64,000 nucleotides of DNA from Candidatus Delongbacteria bacterium (GCA_963663545.1 OY760505.1:1984001-2048000), one strand, 5' to 3'; positions 49,223 through 59,774 are shown, numbered from the stretch's first letter. Numbers and translations are program-made. The notes: a model not told the origin generated them from the letters alone.

Positions 49223-52200
49223 ATGCCCGATTTCATCCACCTGCACAACCATAGCCACTATTCCATGCTGGATGGCGCCGCCACCGTGGACAAGCTGATC
49301 GATCTGTGTGTCCAGAACAACATGGACTCCTTTGCCTTGACGGATCACGGCAACATGTACGGCACGCTCGATTTCTACAAGGCCGCCATGGCCAAGGGCG
49401 TGCGGCCCATCATTGGCTGCGAGGTCTACGTGGCCAATGGCAGTCGGCTTCGCAAAGAGAAGATTCCCAACCAGCGCAACTACTTCCACCTGGTGCTGCT
49501 GGCCAAGAACCAGACGGGCTATCACAACCTGTTGCGGCTGGTGTCGGCGGGTTTCGTGGAGGGCTACTATTACCGCCCGCGCGTGGACTGGGAGCTTCTG
49601 CAGAAGTATCACGAGGGGCTGATTGCCATGACCGCCTGCCTGGCGGGCGAGATCAATCAGTGTCTGCTGGCGGAGGACTGGACCAAAGCCAAGGCCAACG
49701 CGCTGCAGTACCGCGAGCTCTTTGGCGACGATTTCTACCTGGAAATCCAGAATCACCGCATTCCGGAAGAAGACATCGTGCGGGCGCGCATGAAGGAGCT
49801 TAGCGACGCCACCGCCATTCCGCTGGTGGCCACCAACGACATTCACTACACCACTGCAGATTCGGTTTACGCTCATGACATGTACATCTGCATTCGTGAC
49901 CAGAAGCAGCACGATCCGCAGAGCATGCGCTACTCTACGGACCAACTCTACTTCAAGACGGCCGAGGAGATGTACGACACCTTCGCTGGCTATGACGAAG
50001 CCTGTCGTATCACGCGGGAGATTGCAGACAAGTGTCACGTCGAGATCAAATTTGACCAGCGGCAGATTCCCGCTTTCCCCATTCCGGAGAGCTATCCCGA
50101 CAAGGATCTCAATCGCTATTTCGAACACGTGTGTCACGAGGGGCTTCGTGCGCGCTACGGTGATACGCCGGGAACGGAGATCAATGACCGGCTGAAGTAC
50201 GAGATCGAAGTCATCGAGCAGATGGGCTTCGCCGGATACTTCCTCATTGTGCAGGACTTCATCAACTACGCCAGGCAGAACGACATTCGCGTGGGACCGG
50301 GCCGTGGTAGCGCGGCGGGTTCCATTGTCGCCTACGCGCTTGGTATCACGAACATTGATCCTCTGCGCTACGAACTGCTCTTCGAGCGCTTCCTCAACCC
50401 GGAGCGCGTGTCGATGCCCGATATCGACATCGATTTCGAAGACCGCCACCGCGCCAAGGTCATCGAGTACGTGAGACAGAAGTATGGTGAGCGCAACGTG
50501 GCGCAGATCGTCACCTTCGGTCGTCTGAAGGCCAAGGCGGCGGTGAAGGATGTGGGCCGCGTTCTGGGGCTCGACTTCAACGAGAGCAATCGTATCACGA
50601 ACTGCATTCCCGATCGCCTGCCCAGCGGCAACAAGATCGTGCTGCAAGTGGTGCGCAAGGAAGTGCCGGATCTGGACACGCTGCTGAAAAGCGACCCCCG
50701 TTACGAGCGCGTGTGGGAAAACGCCGTGCGCCTTGAGGGCCTCAATCGCAATAGCGGCATCCACGCTGCGGGTGTGGTCATCACGCCCGGGCCGCTGGAG
50801 GAGTTCGTCCCGCTGCAGCGCGCCGGTGGCCAGAACGGCGACATCACCACTCAGTGGGACGGAAGCTGGATCGACGAGGTCGGTCTGCTCAAAATGGACT
50901 TCCTCGGTCTGCGAGCGCTGACCATTATCAAGGACGCACAGGCACACCTGGCGCGGCGCGGCATCGAATTCGACATCGAGTCGATTCCGCTGGAGGACAA
51001 ACCAACCTTCGACCTCTTTGGTCGCGGTGATACATTGGGCGTCTTCCAGTTCGAGTCCTCGGGCATGCGCGAGTATCTGCGCAAATTGAAGCCCGACCGC
51101 CTGGACGATCTGATCGCCATGAACGCGCTCTATCGCCCAGGCCCCATGGACAACATCCCCTCTTACATCGAGCGCCGTCATGGCCGCGAGGAAGTGGAGT
51201 ATCTGCATCCAGTGCTCGAGAAATACCTCGAGCTGACCTACGGCATCATCGTCTATCAGGAGCAGGTGATGCAAATCGCCCAGGCGGTGGGCGGCTTCTC
51301 CCTTGGCGGCGCAGACCAGATGCGTCGTGCCATGGGCAAGAAGAAGGTCGACATCATGAACGCCATGCAGGTCGATTATCTGGCCGGTGCCGAGAAGCGC
51401 AACATTCCGCGCAAGGTGGCGGTGGAGATCTGGGACCTGCTCTTCAAGTTCGCCAACTACGGATTCAACAAATCCCACAGCGCCGCCTATGCCTGGCTCG
51501 CTTATCAGACCGCGTATCTCAAGGCCAACTATGCCGCCGAGTTCATGGCGGCGGTAATGACCGACGAGATGAGTGATACGCAGAAAATGGCCACCTTCCT
51601 GGAGGAGTGCCGCAAGTACAAGATTCGCGTGTTGCCGCCCGACGTGAATTCGTCGGAGCAGGGTTTCGTGGTGGAGAAGGGCGACATCCGCTACGGCCTG
51701 TGTGCCATCAAGAATGTGGGCGAGACGGCGGTAGCCTGCATCGTTCGCGCGCGCGAAGAGGGTGGACCCTTCACCGATGTCTTCGATTTTGTAACACGTG
51801 TTGATACCAATCGCGTCAACCGCAAGGTGCTGGAGTGCCTGATTCAGGGCGGTGCGCTGGACGGTCTGGATTCCCATCGAGCCCGACTCTTTGCCAACGT
51901 CGAAAAGCTGCTGCGCTATTCGCAGGTGTTGGGGGAGGACGCGCAGAAGAACCAGGCCAGCCTTTTCGGCGACTCCGAGGACGTGCAAATTCCCAAGCCG
52001 CAGTTGGAAGAAGTGCCCGCCTGGGCCGACATGGATCGCCTGGGCCGCGAGCGCGAACTGATCGGCATCTACGTGTCTGGCCATCCACTGGACCGCTTCC
52101 GCGACGAAGTGGTGGCTTTTGCCAGCCGTGATCTCTCCAGTATTGCCGAGCTGGGGCACAATGCTCCGGTGCGCGTCTGCGGCATCATTACCGAGTTTCG

Positions 52201-52663
52201 CACCCTCATCAGCAAGCGCGGCAAACAGATGGCGCTGGGTACCATCGAGGATTACCAGGGCAGTTTGCGCTTCATGATTTTTGAGGACGCGCTGCGTGTT
52301 GTACGGCCGGACATGGTTGTGGACGCGCTACTTACCATGAAGGGCAAGCTCTCCGTCAAGGCCGAAGATGATGTGATCATGATTGTGGACGAAGTGTTGC
52401 AGCTCGAGCATGCCATGGCACGACTTGGGCGGCGTATCACAATCAGCCTGGATGCTACCCGCCTTTCGCGTGATACAATTCCGCAGCTCGAGAATCTGCT
52501 CTGCGAGTATCCCGGTGATGCGGACGTCTACTTCGCACTGACCGGGCGCGACGGCAAGCCGGTTCATTTTCACAGTCGCAAGTTCAAGGTTACGCCAGGA
52601 CCGGATTTTCTTGGACGCCTGAAGAGCGTGCTCAGCGGCCACTCGGTTGTATTGTCGGGTTGA
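49223..52663 (+). CDS. dnaE: DNA polymerase III alpha subunit
   Basis: HLHNHSHYSMLDG PHP domain, GRGSAAGS, MPDIDIDF, KMDFLGL, YGFNKSH. No intein seen. Confidence 0.98.
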   Translation: MPDFIHLHNHSHYSMLDGAATVDKLIDLCVQNNMDSFALTDHGNMYGTLDFYKAAMAKGVRPIIGCEVYVANGSRLRKEKIPNQRNYFHLVLLAKNQTGYHNLLRLVSAGFVEGYYYRPRVDWELLQKYHEGLIAMTACLAGEINQCLLAEDWTKAKANALQYRELFGDDFYLEIQNHRIPEEDIVRARMKELSDATAIPLVATNDIHYTTADSVYAHDMYICIRDQKQHDPQSMRYSTDQLYFKTAEEMYDTFAGYDEACRITREIADKCHVEIKFDQRQIPAFPIPESYPDKDLNRYFEHVCHEGLRARYGDTPGTEINDRLKYEIEVIEQMGFAGYFLIVQDFINYARQNDIRVGPGRGSAAGSIVAYALGITNIDPLRYELLFERFLNPERVSMPDIDIDFEDRHRAKVIEYVRQKYGERNVAQIVTFGRLKAKAAVKDVGRVLGLDFNESNRITNCIPDRLPSGNKIVLQVVRKEVPDLDTLLKSDPRYERVWENAVRLEGLNRNSGIHAAGVVITPGPLEEFVPLQRAGGQNGDITTQWDGSWIDEVGLLKMDFLGLRALTIIKDAQAHLARRGIEFDIESIPLEDKPTFDLFGRGDTLGVFQFESSGMREYLRKLKPDRLDDLIAMNALYRPGPMDNIPSYIERRHGREEVEYLHPVLEKYLELTYGIIVYQEQVMQIAQAVGGFSLGGADQMRRAMGKKKVDIMNAMQVDYLAGAEKRNIPRKVAVEIWDLLFKFANYGFNKSHSAAYAWLAYQTAYLKANYAAEFMAAVMTDEMSDTQKMATFLEECRKYKIRVLPPDVNSSEQGFVVEKGDIRYGLCAIKNVGETAVACIVRAREEGGPFTDVFDFVTRVDTNRVNRKVLECLIQGGALDGLDSHRARLFANVEKLLRYSQVLGEDAQKNQASLFGDSEDVQIPKPQLEEVPAWADMDRLGRERELIGIYVSGHPLDRFRDEVVAFASRDLSSIAELGHNAPVRVCGIITEFRTLISKRGKQMALGTIEDYQGSLRFMIFEDALRVVRPDMVVDALLTMKGKLSVKAEDDVIMIVDEVLQLEHAMARLGRRITISLDATRLSRDTIPQLENLLCEYPGDADVYFALTGRDGKPVHFHSRKFKVTPGPDFLGRLKSVLSGHSVVLSG

Positions 52664-52671
52664 GGTGCTAC

Positions 52672-53373
52672 ATGCGTTCGTTACTCCTTCTGCTATTCGT
52701 GTGCGGAGTTGCCAGCGGACTTGAGTTGCGCCCGTTAGCTGACCATGTCTGGCAATACACGACTTCAGTTGAGATGGAAGGCTGGGGGCTTGTTCCGGCC
52801 AACGGGCTGCTAATTGCGGCCGGTGATACCATGATCATGGTAGACACGCCATGGAACGATTCGCTCACCGTGAATCTGATGGATCACATGGAGCAGCAGC
52901 AGCAGCGTGTATCACAGTGGCTTATTATTCCAACGCATTTCCACGACGACTGCATGGGCGGACTTGCGGCTGCACATCTTCGTGGCGCAGAGAGCATTGC
53001 GCTGGATTCAACGCGGGCCATTGCCGAATCGCGAGGGCTACCACTTCCCTTGCGCGTCTTCAGCGGTGATACAAGCCTTGTCGTCAATGGCCAAGTTCTG
53101 GACTTGTTCTGGCCCGGTGGCGCACACACTTCGGACAACATCGTCGTCTACCTTCCGGAAAGCGAGCTTCTTTTTGGCGGTTGCATGATCAAGTGCACGG
53201 GTGCACGAAGTCTGGGAAATCTGCAAGACGCCGACTTGCCTCACTGGTCCGCTGCGCTGGATGCGGTTGTGACACGTTTCGGGGATTCGGTGATCGTTGT
53301 ACCGGGGCACGGCCCTGCTGGGGGGCGGGAGCTTCTGTATCACACAAAGCAGCTACTGGAAGCCCAGGAATAG
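52672..53373 (+). CDS. Subclass B1 metallo-beta-lactamase-like protein
   Basis: Signal peptide, PANG, DTPW, THFHDDCMGG, GAHTSDN, FGGCMIK, LGNL.DA, VPGHG. Confidence 0.85.
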   Translation: MRSLLLLLFVCGVASGLELRPLADHVWQYTTSVEMEGWGLVPANGLLIAAGDTMIMVDTPWNDSLTVNLMDHMEQQQQRVSQWLIIPTHFHDDCMGGLAAAHLRGAESIALDSTRAIAESRGLPLPLRVFSGDTSLVVNGQVLDLFWPGGAHTSDNIVVYLPESELLFGGCMIKCTGARSLGNLQDADLPHWSAALDAVVTRFGDSVIVVPGHGPAGGRELLYHTKQLLEAQE

Positions 53374-53421
53374 TCCGCTTCGACTTGCGACTGCAAACAC
53401 ACAAAGCTAAACTTTGCGGCT

Positions 53422-53607
53422 ATGTCGCGTGCTGAATACAGAAAGAGCGCCCTTGCGCGCCTACGTCGTCGCCCCCTGGTTGCCCTGGGCAAGCTGGCGG
53501 CATTGCTGTTCGTCCCCGGAGCCATTCCGGTGATGGGCGCTTTGTTTGCGGCTCGCCTGGCGCAGACTCAGTGCTGGATCAGCGCCCTGATCGACACACT
53601 GCTCTAA
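53422..53607 (+). CDS. Possible small membrane protein
   Basis: 61-aa ORF with basic N-terminus and hydrophobic segment. It fills the intergenic gap but has no clear RBS. Confidence 0.35.
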   Translation: MSRAEYRKSALARLRRRPLVALGKLAALLFVPGAIPVMGALFAARLAQTQCWISALIDTLL

Positions 53608-53642
53608 ACGCTTCCAACTCCGCAACTTCTTGTTTTTCAACT

Positions 53643-53659
53643 TCGGCACAGCCTTTGCC
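53643..53659 (+). promoter_or_regulatory. Sigma-54-like promoter
   Basis: TCGGCACAGCCTTTGCC, GG at 53645 and GC at 53657 with correct spacing, about 30 bp before the ATG. Confidence 0.55.
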
Positions 53660-53689
53660 CCGTGTATGTGCAAAGCGGGAGGCCGTGTT

Positions 53690-54325
53690 ATGCAGGTAAA
53701 TGGGTTTTCGGCACTTAGCCAGAGGTCAGCGTTGAGTGGCACTTCGTCAACACTCGGTGATGAGGAATCCTTTGCCCGGTCATTGGCAGAGTCGGAAGCA
53801 GAGATGTCGGGTGCGACAGACATCAATGCCACCAGCGATTCGCTCCTGGAGAGCTTCAGCAGCCTGTGGGGCTCCCTCAGTATCGAGAGCTTCCTAGGTT
53901 TTACTCCCGAAGACGAGGGCGTTGTCAGCATCTCCCAGTTGAAGGCGCATGGCCAGCAGCAATTGGAAGAGGTTAACGAGGAGCTTCTTGCCCTGTATCG
54001 GGAAGCTGGCGTGGACACGAGCGAAGAAATCGCCTTGGCTCGTGATACAGGCGGCGTCTGGCGCGTGAGCAATGGCCACAAGGATACAGAGGCCATAGAG
54101 TCATTGTTGGCGGAGAACGATGATTTGACCCAGCGCATGTCGCGTGCTCAGGCCATGCTGCATCTGGCGTCCGTGGCCGAAATGACCGAGCCCTTTCGCG
54201 CGGCTTACGAGCAGGACCCGCAGTCCGCCATCGCGCGCTACAACTGGATCTGGAACAGCCGCTGGTCGGACACCGTGATACAGGCTGGAGGCGCCATCAG
54301 CCAGCGTCTCACACGGGCGGCATGA
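53690..54325 (+). CDS. Hypothetical protein
   Basis: ATG 53690 with GGGAGG RBS, Ser-rich N-terminus. Confidence 0.65.
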   Translation: MQVNGFSALSQRSALSGTSSTLGDEESFARSLAESEAEMSGATDINATSDSLLESFSSLWGSLSIESFLGFTPEDEGVVSISQLKAHGQQQLEEVNEELLALYREAGVDTSEEIALARDTGGVWRVSNGHKDTEAIESLLAENDDLTQRMSRAQAMLHLASVAEMTEPFRAAYEQDPQSAIARYNWIWNSRWSDTVIQAGGAISQRLTRAA

Positions 54326-54412
54326 GGGAGTAGCCGCACGGTCGAGGCAAAAAGATTGCCCGCCGAGGAATAGCTCCCGGGCGGGCACAACCCCCAACAA
54401 ATCGTGAAAAGA

Positions 54413-55558
54413 CTAGGCCGTTGTCAACACACTAATGGGCTCCTGAACCCCAATGGTAGTAGCAAAAGCGTCCAGACGCTGAAGCAGCGTTTGTGTGACC
54501 AGTGTATTGCGTGCGGCAAGCAGCATGCCGTTCTGTGCCAGCACATCCTCGTTTAGCACCATGCCAACAACCAGCTGACTCACCTTTACCTGGCGCAGAA
54601 TGGTCGGCTCCAGGTCCGCAGCCGTGTAGTCCGCCAGCAGATTCACAAAGGCGGGATTGAATAGTGAGGGCTGAATGCGCAGCGCTTGAATGGCTTGCTC
54701 GCTCTCCATGCCGCGCAGCAACATGCGGTCGTAGGTAAGACTGATCGCCAGCAAATGCCCGCCAATTTGAATGCGATAGCGCTTGCGCACTTCTGGATCG
54801 TGGACGTCTTCGCGGAATGGATCCATTTGCATGCGCACCATCTCCGCCACATCCTCCAAACGCGGAATCTTCTTCAGCATTTCCGCACCAGCGGTGGGGT
54901 GAGCGCGCCAACGATCCATTTCCTGCTTGTCCAGTTTGTCTCCCGCGTAGAAGCGCTTGATCATTCCTTCGTCCAGGTTGATGCAACCTAGCTGCGAAAG
55001 TAGCGCGGCCAACTCGTAGAGCCACTTGTCGGGCAGCTCCAGCTTCTCGGCCATGTGTGCCACCACATCGCGAATGCGCAGACTCTGGCCGAAGGAAGTG
55101 GGATTGACCAAGCTGAGCACTTCTGCCAGCACGTTTACGCTTCCACGAAGTGTGCCCTCAAGCAGCTCCTTTTCGGCCTGTACCAGCTGGTATTGGCGGA
55201 TTGCGTCGCGCACGGTCAGCACTAGCGTCTCGGTTTGCGCCGGCTTCAGTAGAAAGCGATAGATGCTTCCCAGGTTGATGGCCTGCACAGCGGTGTCCAG
55301 GTCGGCGTTGCCCGTGAGCATTACGCGCACCGTGTTTGGCCAATGCTTCTGCACTTCTGATAGCAGTGTGACTCCGTCCATCTGCGGCATGCGCTGATCC
55401 GAAACGACAACAGCATACGGGCCGTTGGTAGTAAGCTTCTCCAGCGCTTCATGCCCGCCGTTGGCGGTCTCCAGCACAAACTCCTTGCGCAGCGAACGGC
55501 GAATGCCATCCAGCACATTCGGTTCATCGTCGACAAAGAGGACCCGGTACTCAGACAT
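54413..55558 (-). CDS. Response regulator with degenerate HD(-GYP)-like output domain
   Basis: REC (LFVDDE, SDQRMP, LLKP). HD motif appears as SQ (LLSQLG). Confidence 0.85.
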   Translation of the reverse strand: MSEYRVLFVDDEPNVLDGIRRSLRKEFVLETANGGHEALEKLTTNGPYAVVVSDQRMPQMDGVTLLSEVQKHWPNTVRVMLTGNADLDTAVQAINLGSIYRFLLKPAQTETLVLTVRDAIRQYQLVQAEKELLEGTLRGSVNVLAEVLSLVNPTSFGQSLRIRDVVAHMAEKLELPDKWLYELAALLSQLGCINLDEGMIKRFYAGDKLDKQEMDRWRAHPTAGAEMLKKIPRLEDVAEMVRMQMDPFREDVHDPEVRKRYRIQIGGHLLAISLTYDRMLLRGMESEQAIQALRIQPSLFNPAFVNLLADYTAADLEPTILRQVKVSQLVVGMVLNEDVLAQNGMLLAARNTLVTQTLLQRLDAFATTIGVQEPISVLTTA

Positions 55559-56762
55559 TGCGCTGCTCCTTGTTCAGTTGGCTGCAGATGCGTGCCCATT
55601 CGTCCAGTTTTGAATAACAACCAATCTGTTTCAGGTATTCCATATCGATGGGCAGGCCCTTGTCGCTGGGGCTGATCAAGCCGTTGGCCACATGCACGGC
55701 AGTTAGCGGGCTAAAACTTCCGCCCGTACCCGCTGCCGCCGGATCATGATGCCAGGCAATGGCTGCCACGACCGCGTCGGGAAGGCCCCACAGGGACATC
55801 AAATACGCGCCGACTTGCGCATGACTAGCACCGAAGACCTCGTACTCCGCGTGCCACAAACCAAGATGTTTGAACTCCGAGATCTCCATCGCCACGTTGT
55901 ACTGCGCCGGAAGGTTGGCCGCCAGAATCAGCTTGCCCAGATCGTGCAGCATGCCAGCGATAAAGGCCTGGCCGGTTTCGATGCTCTTTTCACCCAGCAT
56001 GGAAGCGGCAATGGCCTTGGACCATGTGGCGCAGGTCAGACTGTGCTGCCAGAGCTGATTGATATCGAGTGCCGGACCTTCCTGCCCCTGGAACTCGGAG
56101 AAGACCTTGATGGAGAGCACCAGCGTGACCACAATGTCCAGCCCCAGCAGGCTTGCAGCGATGGCGGGATCGTCCACCTGACGCGGCAGGCCGAAGAAGG
56201 CCGAATTCACCAGCTGCAGGATTTTGGCCGACATGCCCACATCCTGCCGGATGATGTTACCAATGCGCTTCATCGAAGCATCCGGAGCCTTGGCCTCGGC
56301 CAGAATGCTATGGTACAGGTTCGGTGCGCTGGGTACCGTGCCCACTCGCGAAAGCAGCTTGACCAGCGACTGATCGCTGAGTAGCTGCCGCAACTGATAG
56401 GTGCGGTTGATGGCGTGTTTCAGCAGGTCTGGCTCGCAGGGCTTGGCCAGAAACTGGTGCGTGGGAATCACCGAGGCCAGCACCGACGAACGCTCGCTGT
56501 GACCCGATAAAATGATGCGGACAACTTCTGGCCAGCGGTCGCGGACTTCGCACAGCAATGTGGTGCCGTCCATCTCGGGCATACGCATATCGCTGACGAT
56601 GACATCGGTAGGATGAGACTCCATGAATTTCAGTGCTTCCGCGCCGGTTTCGACATAGAAGGTGTCCCATTCCTTTCGCATTGGGCGCATGCTTCGCCGC
56701 AGACCATCGAGCACGCGCCCTTCGTCATCCACGAACAGAATTTGCAGGTTTCTCTCAGCCAT
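55551..56762 (-). CDS. Response regulator with HDOD domain
   Basis: REC (SDMRMP), KILQLVNSAFFG, LWQHS, LHDLGKL, HAQVGAYL..LWGLP. Confidence 0.9.
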   Translation of the reverse strand: MAERNLQILFVDDEGRVLDGLRRSMRPMRKEWDTFYVETGAEALKFMESHPTDVIVSDMRMPEMDGTTLLCEVRDRWPEVVRIILSGHSERSSVLASVIPTHQFLAKPCEPDLLKHAINRTYQLRQLLSDQSLVKLLSRVGTVPSAPNLYHSILAEAKAPDASMKRIGNIIRQDVGMSAKILQLVNSAFFGLPRQVDDPAIAASLLGLDIVVTLVLSIKVFSEFQGQEGPALDINQLWQHSLTCATWSKAIAASMLGEKSIETGQAFIAGMLHDLGKLILAANLPAQYNVAMEISEFKHLGLWHAEYEVFGASHAQVGAYLMSLWGLPDAVVAAIAWHHDPAAAGTGGSFSPLTAVHVANGLISPSDKGLPIDMEYLKQIGCYSKLDEWARICSQLNKEQRNV

Positions 56763-59628
56763 TGTCGCTCTCGCTTCCTATGGGAATCCACAAGTGGAAG
56801 GTTGTGCCCTCGCCTACCACCGACTCGAGCTCTACCTTGCCGCCGTGCTTGTCGCAGACGATGTGGTGGACGATCGAAAGCCCCTGCCCCGTTCCTTTGC
56901 CCACCTGTTTCGTTGTGAAGAAAGGGTCAAAGATTTTATCCCGCACCGAGTCAGGGATGCCGGATCCCGTATCGGAAATGGAGACCACCACATTGTCCCC
57001 TTCACCGCGGGTTTTTACTCGAATAATGCCTTTGCCGCCGCCCTTGTGTTTTTCTTCGATGGCGTGCGCTGCGTTGGTAATGATGTTGAGGAAGGCCTGG
57101 TTCAGCTCTGCGGCCAGGCAGAACACCTGCGGTAGTTGCGGATCCAGCTCCAGTTCCACATCGGCCACATACTTCCACTCGTTGCGAGCCACCGTCAGCG
57201 TGCTGTCCAGCGCCATGTTGATGTCGTTGTAGGACATGTTCTGTGATCCGGGGTGCGAGAAATCCTTCATGGCGCGCACGATGGTTGAGACGCGCTCAAT
57301 GCCTTCCAGGCTCTGGTTGATGGCGCGCGGAATCTCCTCCAGGATGAATTCCAGATCCAGGTCCTCTGCCTTCTGGTGCAGGGCTTTGAGGGGTTCGCAG
57401 GCCTCGGGACGCTGTGATGCTTTGCCCACGGTCTCTCGCATCTCGACCAACAGCTCACTTAGATCCTCGAAGCTCTCTTTGAGGAAGCGCGTGTTGTCGC
57501 CGATGTACTGGGTCGGCGTGTTGATTTCGTGGGCGATACCGGCGGCGAGCTGACCGATGGCTTCCATCTTCTGCGCCTGGCGCAACTGCGTTTCCAGCTT
57601 GGCCATTTGTGATACATCGCGCATTACCGCCACGTAGTTCACGATCTGATCCTGACGGTCGAAGACGGGCGAAATGGAGACTTCTTCTTCGATTACACCG
57701 CCATCCTTGCGGCGATTGAAGAGCTTGCCGGTCCACACCTTGCCGGCGGAAATGGTCTGCCACATCGAGCGAAAGAAGTCCTTGTCGTGGCGGTTCGAGT
57801 TCAGCAGGCTGGGGGTCTTGCCTATTACTTCGGCACTGGTATAGCCCGTGGCTCGTTCGAAAGAGGGATTCACGTAGGTGATTTCGCCGTCGGTATCTGT
57901 AATGACAATGCTCTCGTCGGTTTGTGCTACAACGGCACTCAGGCGGTTCAGCTCTATGATGTGACGCTCGCGATCCAGCGTGCTCGACAGGGTGCGTGCG
58001 AAGAGTTGCAAAGTGGTCTGAATGTCCTCCGACCAGCCGCGGTCCCTTGTCGTGTTTTCAAAGAGCAGCAGATGTGTGGGGCGCGCACCTGACTCAACAG
58101 CAGTGATCAGAAGGCTCTGTGTATCACGCGAATCACAGATTGTGAGCAGGTCATCGGACTGCGGCGGCACCTGTTTCAGGTTGTTCAGGATCACTGATCC
58201 GCGTGAAAGAGCGATTCGCAGCCAGGGATGACTCAGCAGTGTTACATCGATCGGCTGCAGTTGCCTGGCGGCGTCCAGATTGGGCCAGGCTTGGCGGACC
58301 TTGTATCGCAGACCCTCTTCGTCAAGCTCCAACACACTGGAGCGTGTGGCGAACAATAAATGCGAAAGCGATTCCAGTGCATCACGCAGCACTTCGTCCA
58401 TATTGCTCTTGACCAGAAAGCGGGTCATGATGCTGGCCATCACTTGTTCAGCCTTGCGCCGGCTTTCCAGACGATTTACCGCTCGTTGGCGCTCGCTGAT
58501 ATCGTGTATCACGGCGATCAGGCCAATGACGTTTTCGTACTCGTCGTGCTGGTGACTGATCACAACTTCCAGATAGCGGCTGCGCTGCCCGGGTCGCGGC
58601 AGGCGCACAACGCAGGAGCGCGTGGGTTTTTCAGGATCCAGCTCAAGCTGGTAGGAGTCGAATTCGGCTTGTACGCCCTCAAGCAGTTCCCGCAGCATTG
58701 TGCCGGGCACCGCTTCCTCTCCGCCGATCAGCGGAGTCGTGGCCGGATTCGCGTATTGAATAAAGCCGTCGGTGCTCATGAGCACGATGCCCAGTGTGCG
58801 ATTTTCCACCAGATCACGAAAGCGGTTTTCGCTACTGCGCAAGCGATGAATAGCGTCCTGCTCGGTGAGCTTGGAGCTGATCAGTCGCACCATGCCCTTG
58901 ATCAGCTGGCTTTCTTCCTCATGGATCGTGTGGCCCGTCAACGGCTTGCATAGCCGCAAATAGCCACGCTCGCGCCCGTTGATCGAAATCGGCTGTGAGA
59001 CGCAGTTGCCGTCTTCGACGCACTCCCCTTCACGAAAGACCATGCCACCCAGATTCAGCTCGATGCAGGAATTGCGCTGATCGGCAAGGCTGGTGTAAAG
59101 CATGCGAACCAGCGGGGAGATGTGATCCATCAGGTTATCGGACTTGGAAAGAATGGAAGCCGCTGAATACAGACAGGTGATTTCCTTTATGCGCTCGCCG
59201 TAGCGCTGCAACAGACCCACTTGTCGCTCTTCTTCCGCCTTGTGCTTGGTGATGTCCATCATGCTGACAACCAAGCTGTCGATGCCAGCCAGGTTGGCGC
59301 GACTGATGACGACCTGCACCGGTGTGGCTTCGGCACCTTGGCGCAGGATTGCCAGTTCGCCGGTGCAAGTGTCGCCAAAGCGAAATTGGCTGAGTAGACG
59401 CGGAAGGTCGCCTTCTACAAGTTCCGGCAGGCTCCGACCGAAGCATTCCTCTGGACTGAGGCCCGACATGGTGCCGAAAACAGGATTCGTTTCGATTACG
59501 ACCAGGCTGTCGGCGTCCACCTGCAAAATGGCAGACGGTAGCGCATTCAACACTTCGCGCATGCGCTCTGCATTGCGTGCCGGACGCTGTTTCAGCTCCT
59601 CCAGGTAGGCGGCGATTCTCTCTTTCAC
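56755..59628 (-). CDS. PAS/GAF sensor histidine kinase (start approximate)
   Basis: Multiple PAS domains, AHEINTP H-box, NAAHA, DTGSG, FFTTK, GTGQGL. Confidence 0.92.
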   Translation of the reverse strand: MKERIAAYLEELKQRPARNAERMREVLNALPSAILQVDADSLVVIETNPVFGTMSGLSPEECFGRSLPELVEGDLPRLLSQFRFGDTCTGELAILRQGAEATPVQVVISRANLAGIDSLVVSMMDITKHKAEEERQVGLLQRYGERIKEITCLYSAASILSKSDNLMDHISPLVRMLYTSLADQRNSCIELNLGGMVFREGECVEDGNCVSQPISINGRERGYLRLCKPLTGHTIHEEESQLIKGMVRLISSKLTEQDAIHRLRSSENRFRDLVENRTLGIVLMSTDGFIQYANPATTPLIGGEEAVPGTMLRELLEGVQAEFDSYQLELDPEKPTRSCVVRLPRPGQRSRYLEVVISHQHDEYENVIGLIAVIHDISERQRAVNRLESRRKAEQVMASIMTRFLVKSNMDEVLRDALESLSHLLFATRSSVLELDEEGLRYKVRQAWPNLDAARQLQPIDVTLLSHPWLRIALSRGSVILNNLKQVPPQSDDLLTICDSRDTQSLLITAVESGARPTHLLLFENTTRDRGWSEDIQTTLQLFARTLSSTLDRERHIIELNRLSAVVAQTDESIVITDTDGEITYVNPSFERATGYTSAEVIGKTPSLLNSNRHDKDFFRSMWQTISAGKVWTGKLFNRRKDGGVIEEEVSISPVFDRQDQIVNYVAVMRDVSQMAKLETQLRQAQKMEAIGQLAAGIAHEINTPTQYIGDNTRFLKESFEDLSELLVEMRETVGKASQRPEACEPLKALHQKAEDLDLEFILEEIPRAINQSLEGIERVSTIVRAMKDFSHPGSQNMSYNDINMALDSTLTVARNEWKYVADVELELDPQLPQVFCLAAELNQAFLNIITNAAHAIEEKHKGGGKGIIRVKTRGEGDNVVVSISDTGSGIPDSVRDKIFDPFFTTKQVGKGTGQGLSIVHHIVCDKHGGKVELESVVGEGTTFHLWIPIGSESDNG

Positions 59629-59774
59629 ACGCGGTCCCTCATTTCGTAGCTGGAGTATCGGTGTTTTTAATGGTGGAGTTGACTCTCCAGGCGTTTGAAA
59701 ACGGTGGCTCAAGGTCTCTAAACAGGCGCTTGCAGAGTGAAGCGGAGCCGCCCTTAGCTCCTGTTTTCCGATGA

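Noticed and set aside
49205..52159. 984-aa antisense ORF opposite dnaE (similar shadows at 4634-6169, 24748-26094, 33762-35024, 22303-23250)
   Set aside because: These are in-register antisense shadows produced by biased codon usage, with no recognisable motifs, and the sense strand carries clear genes.
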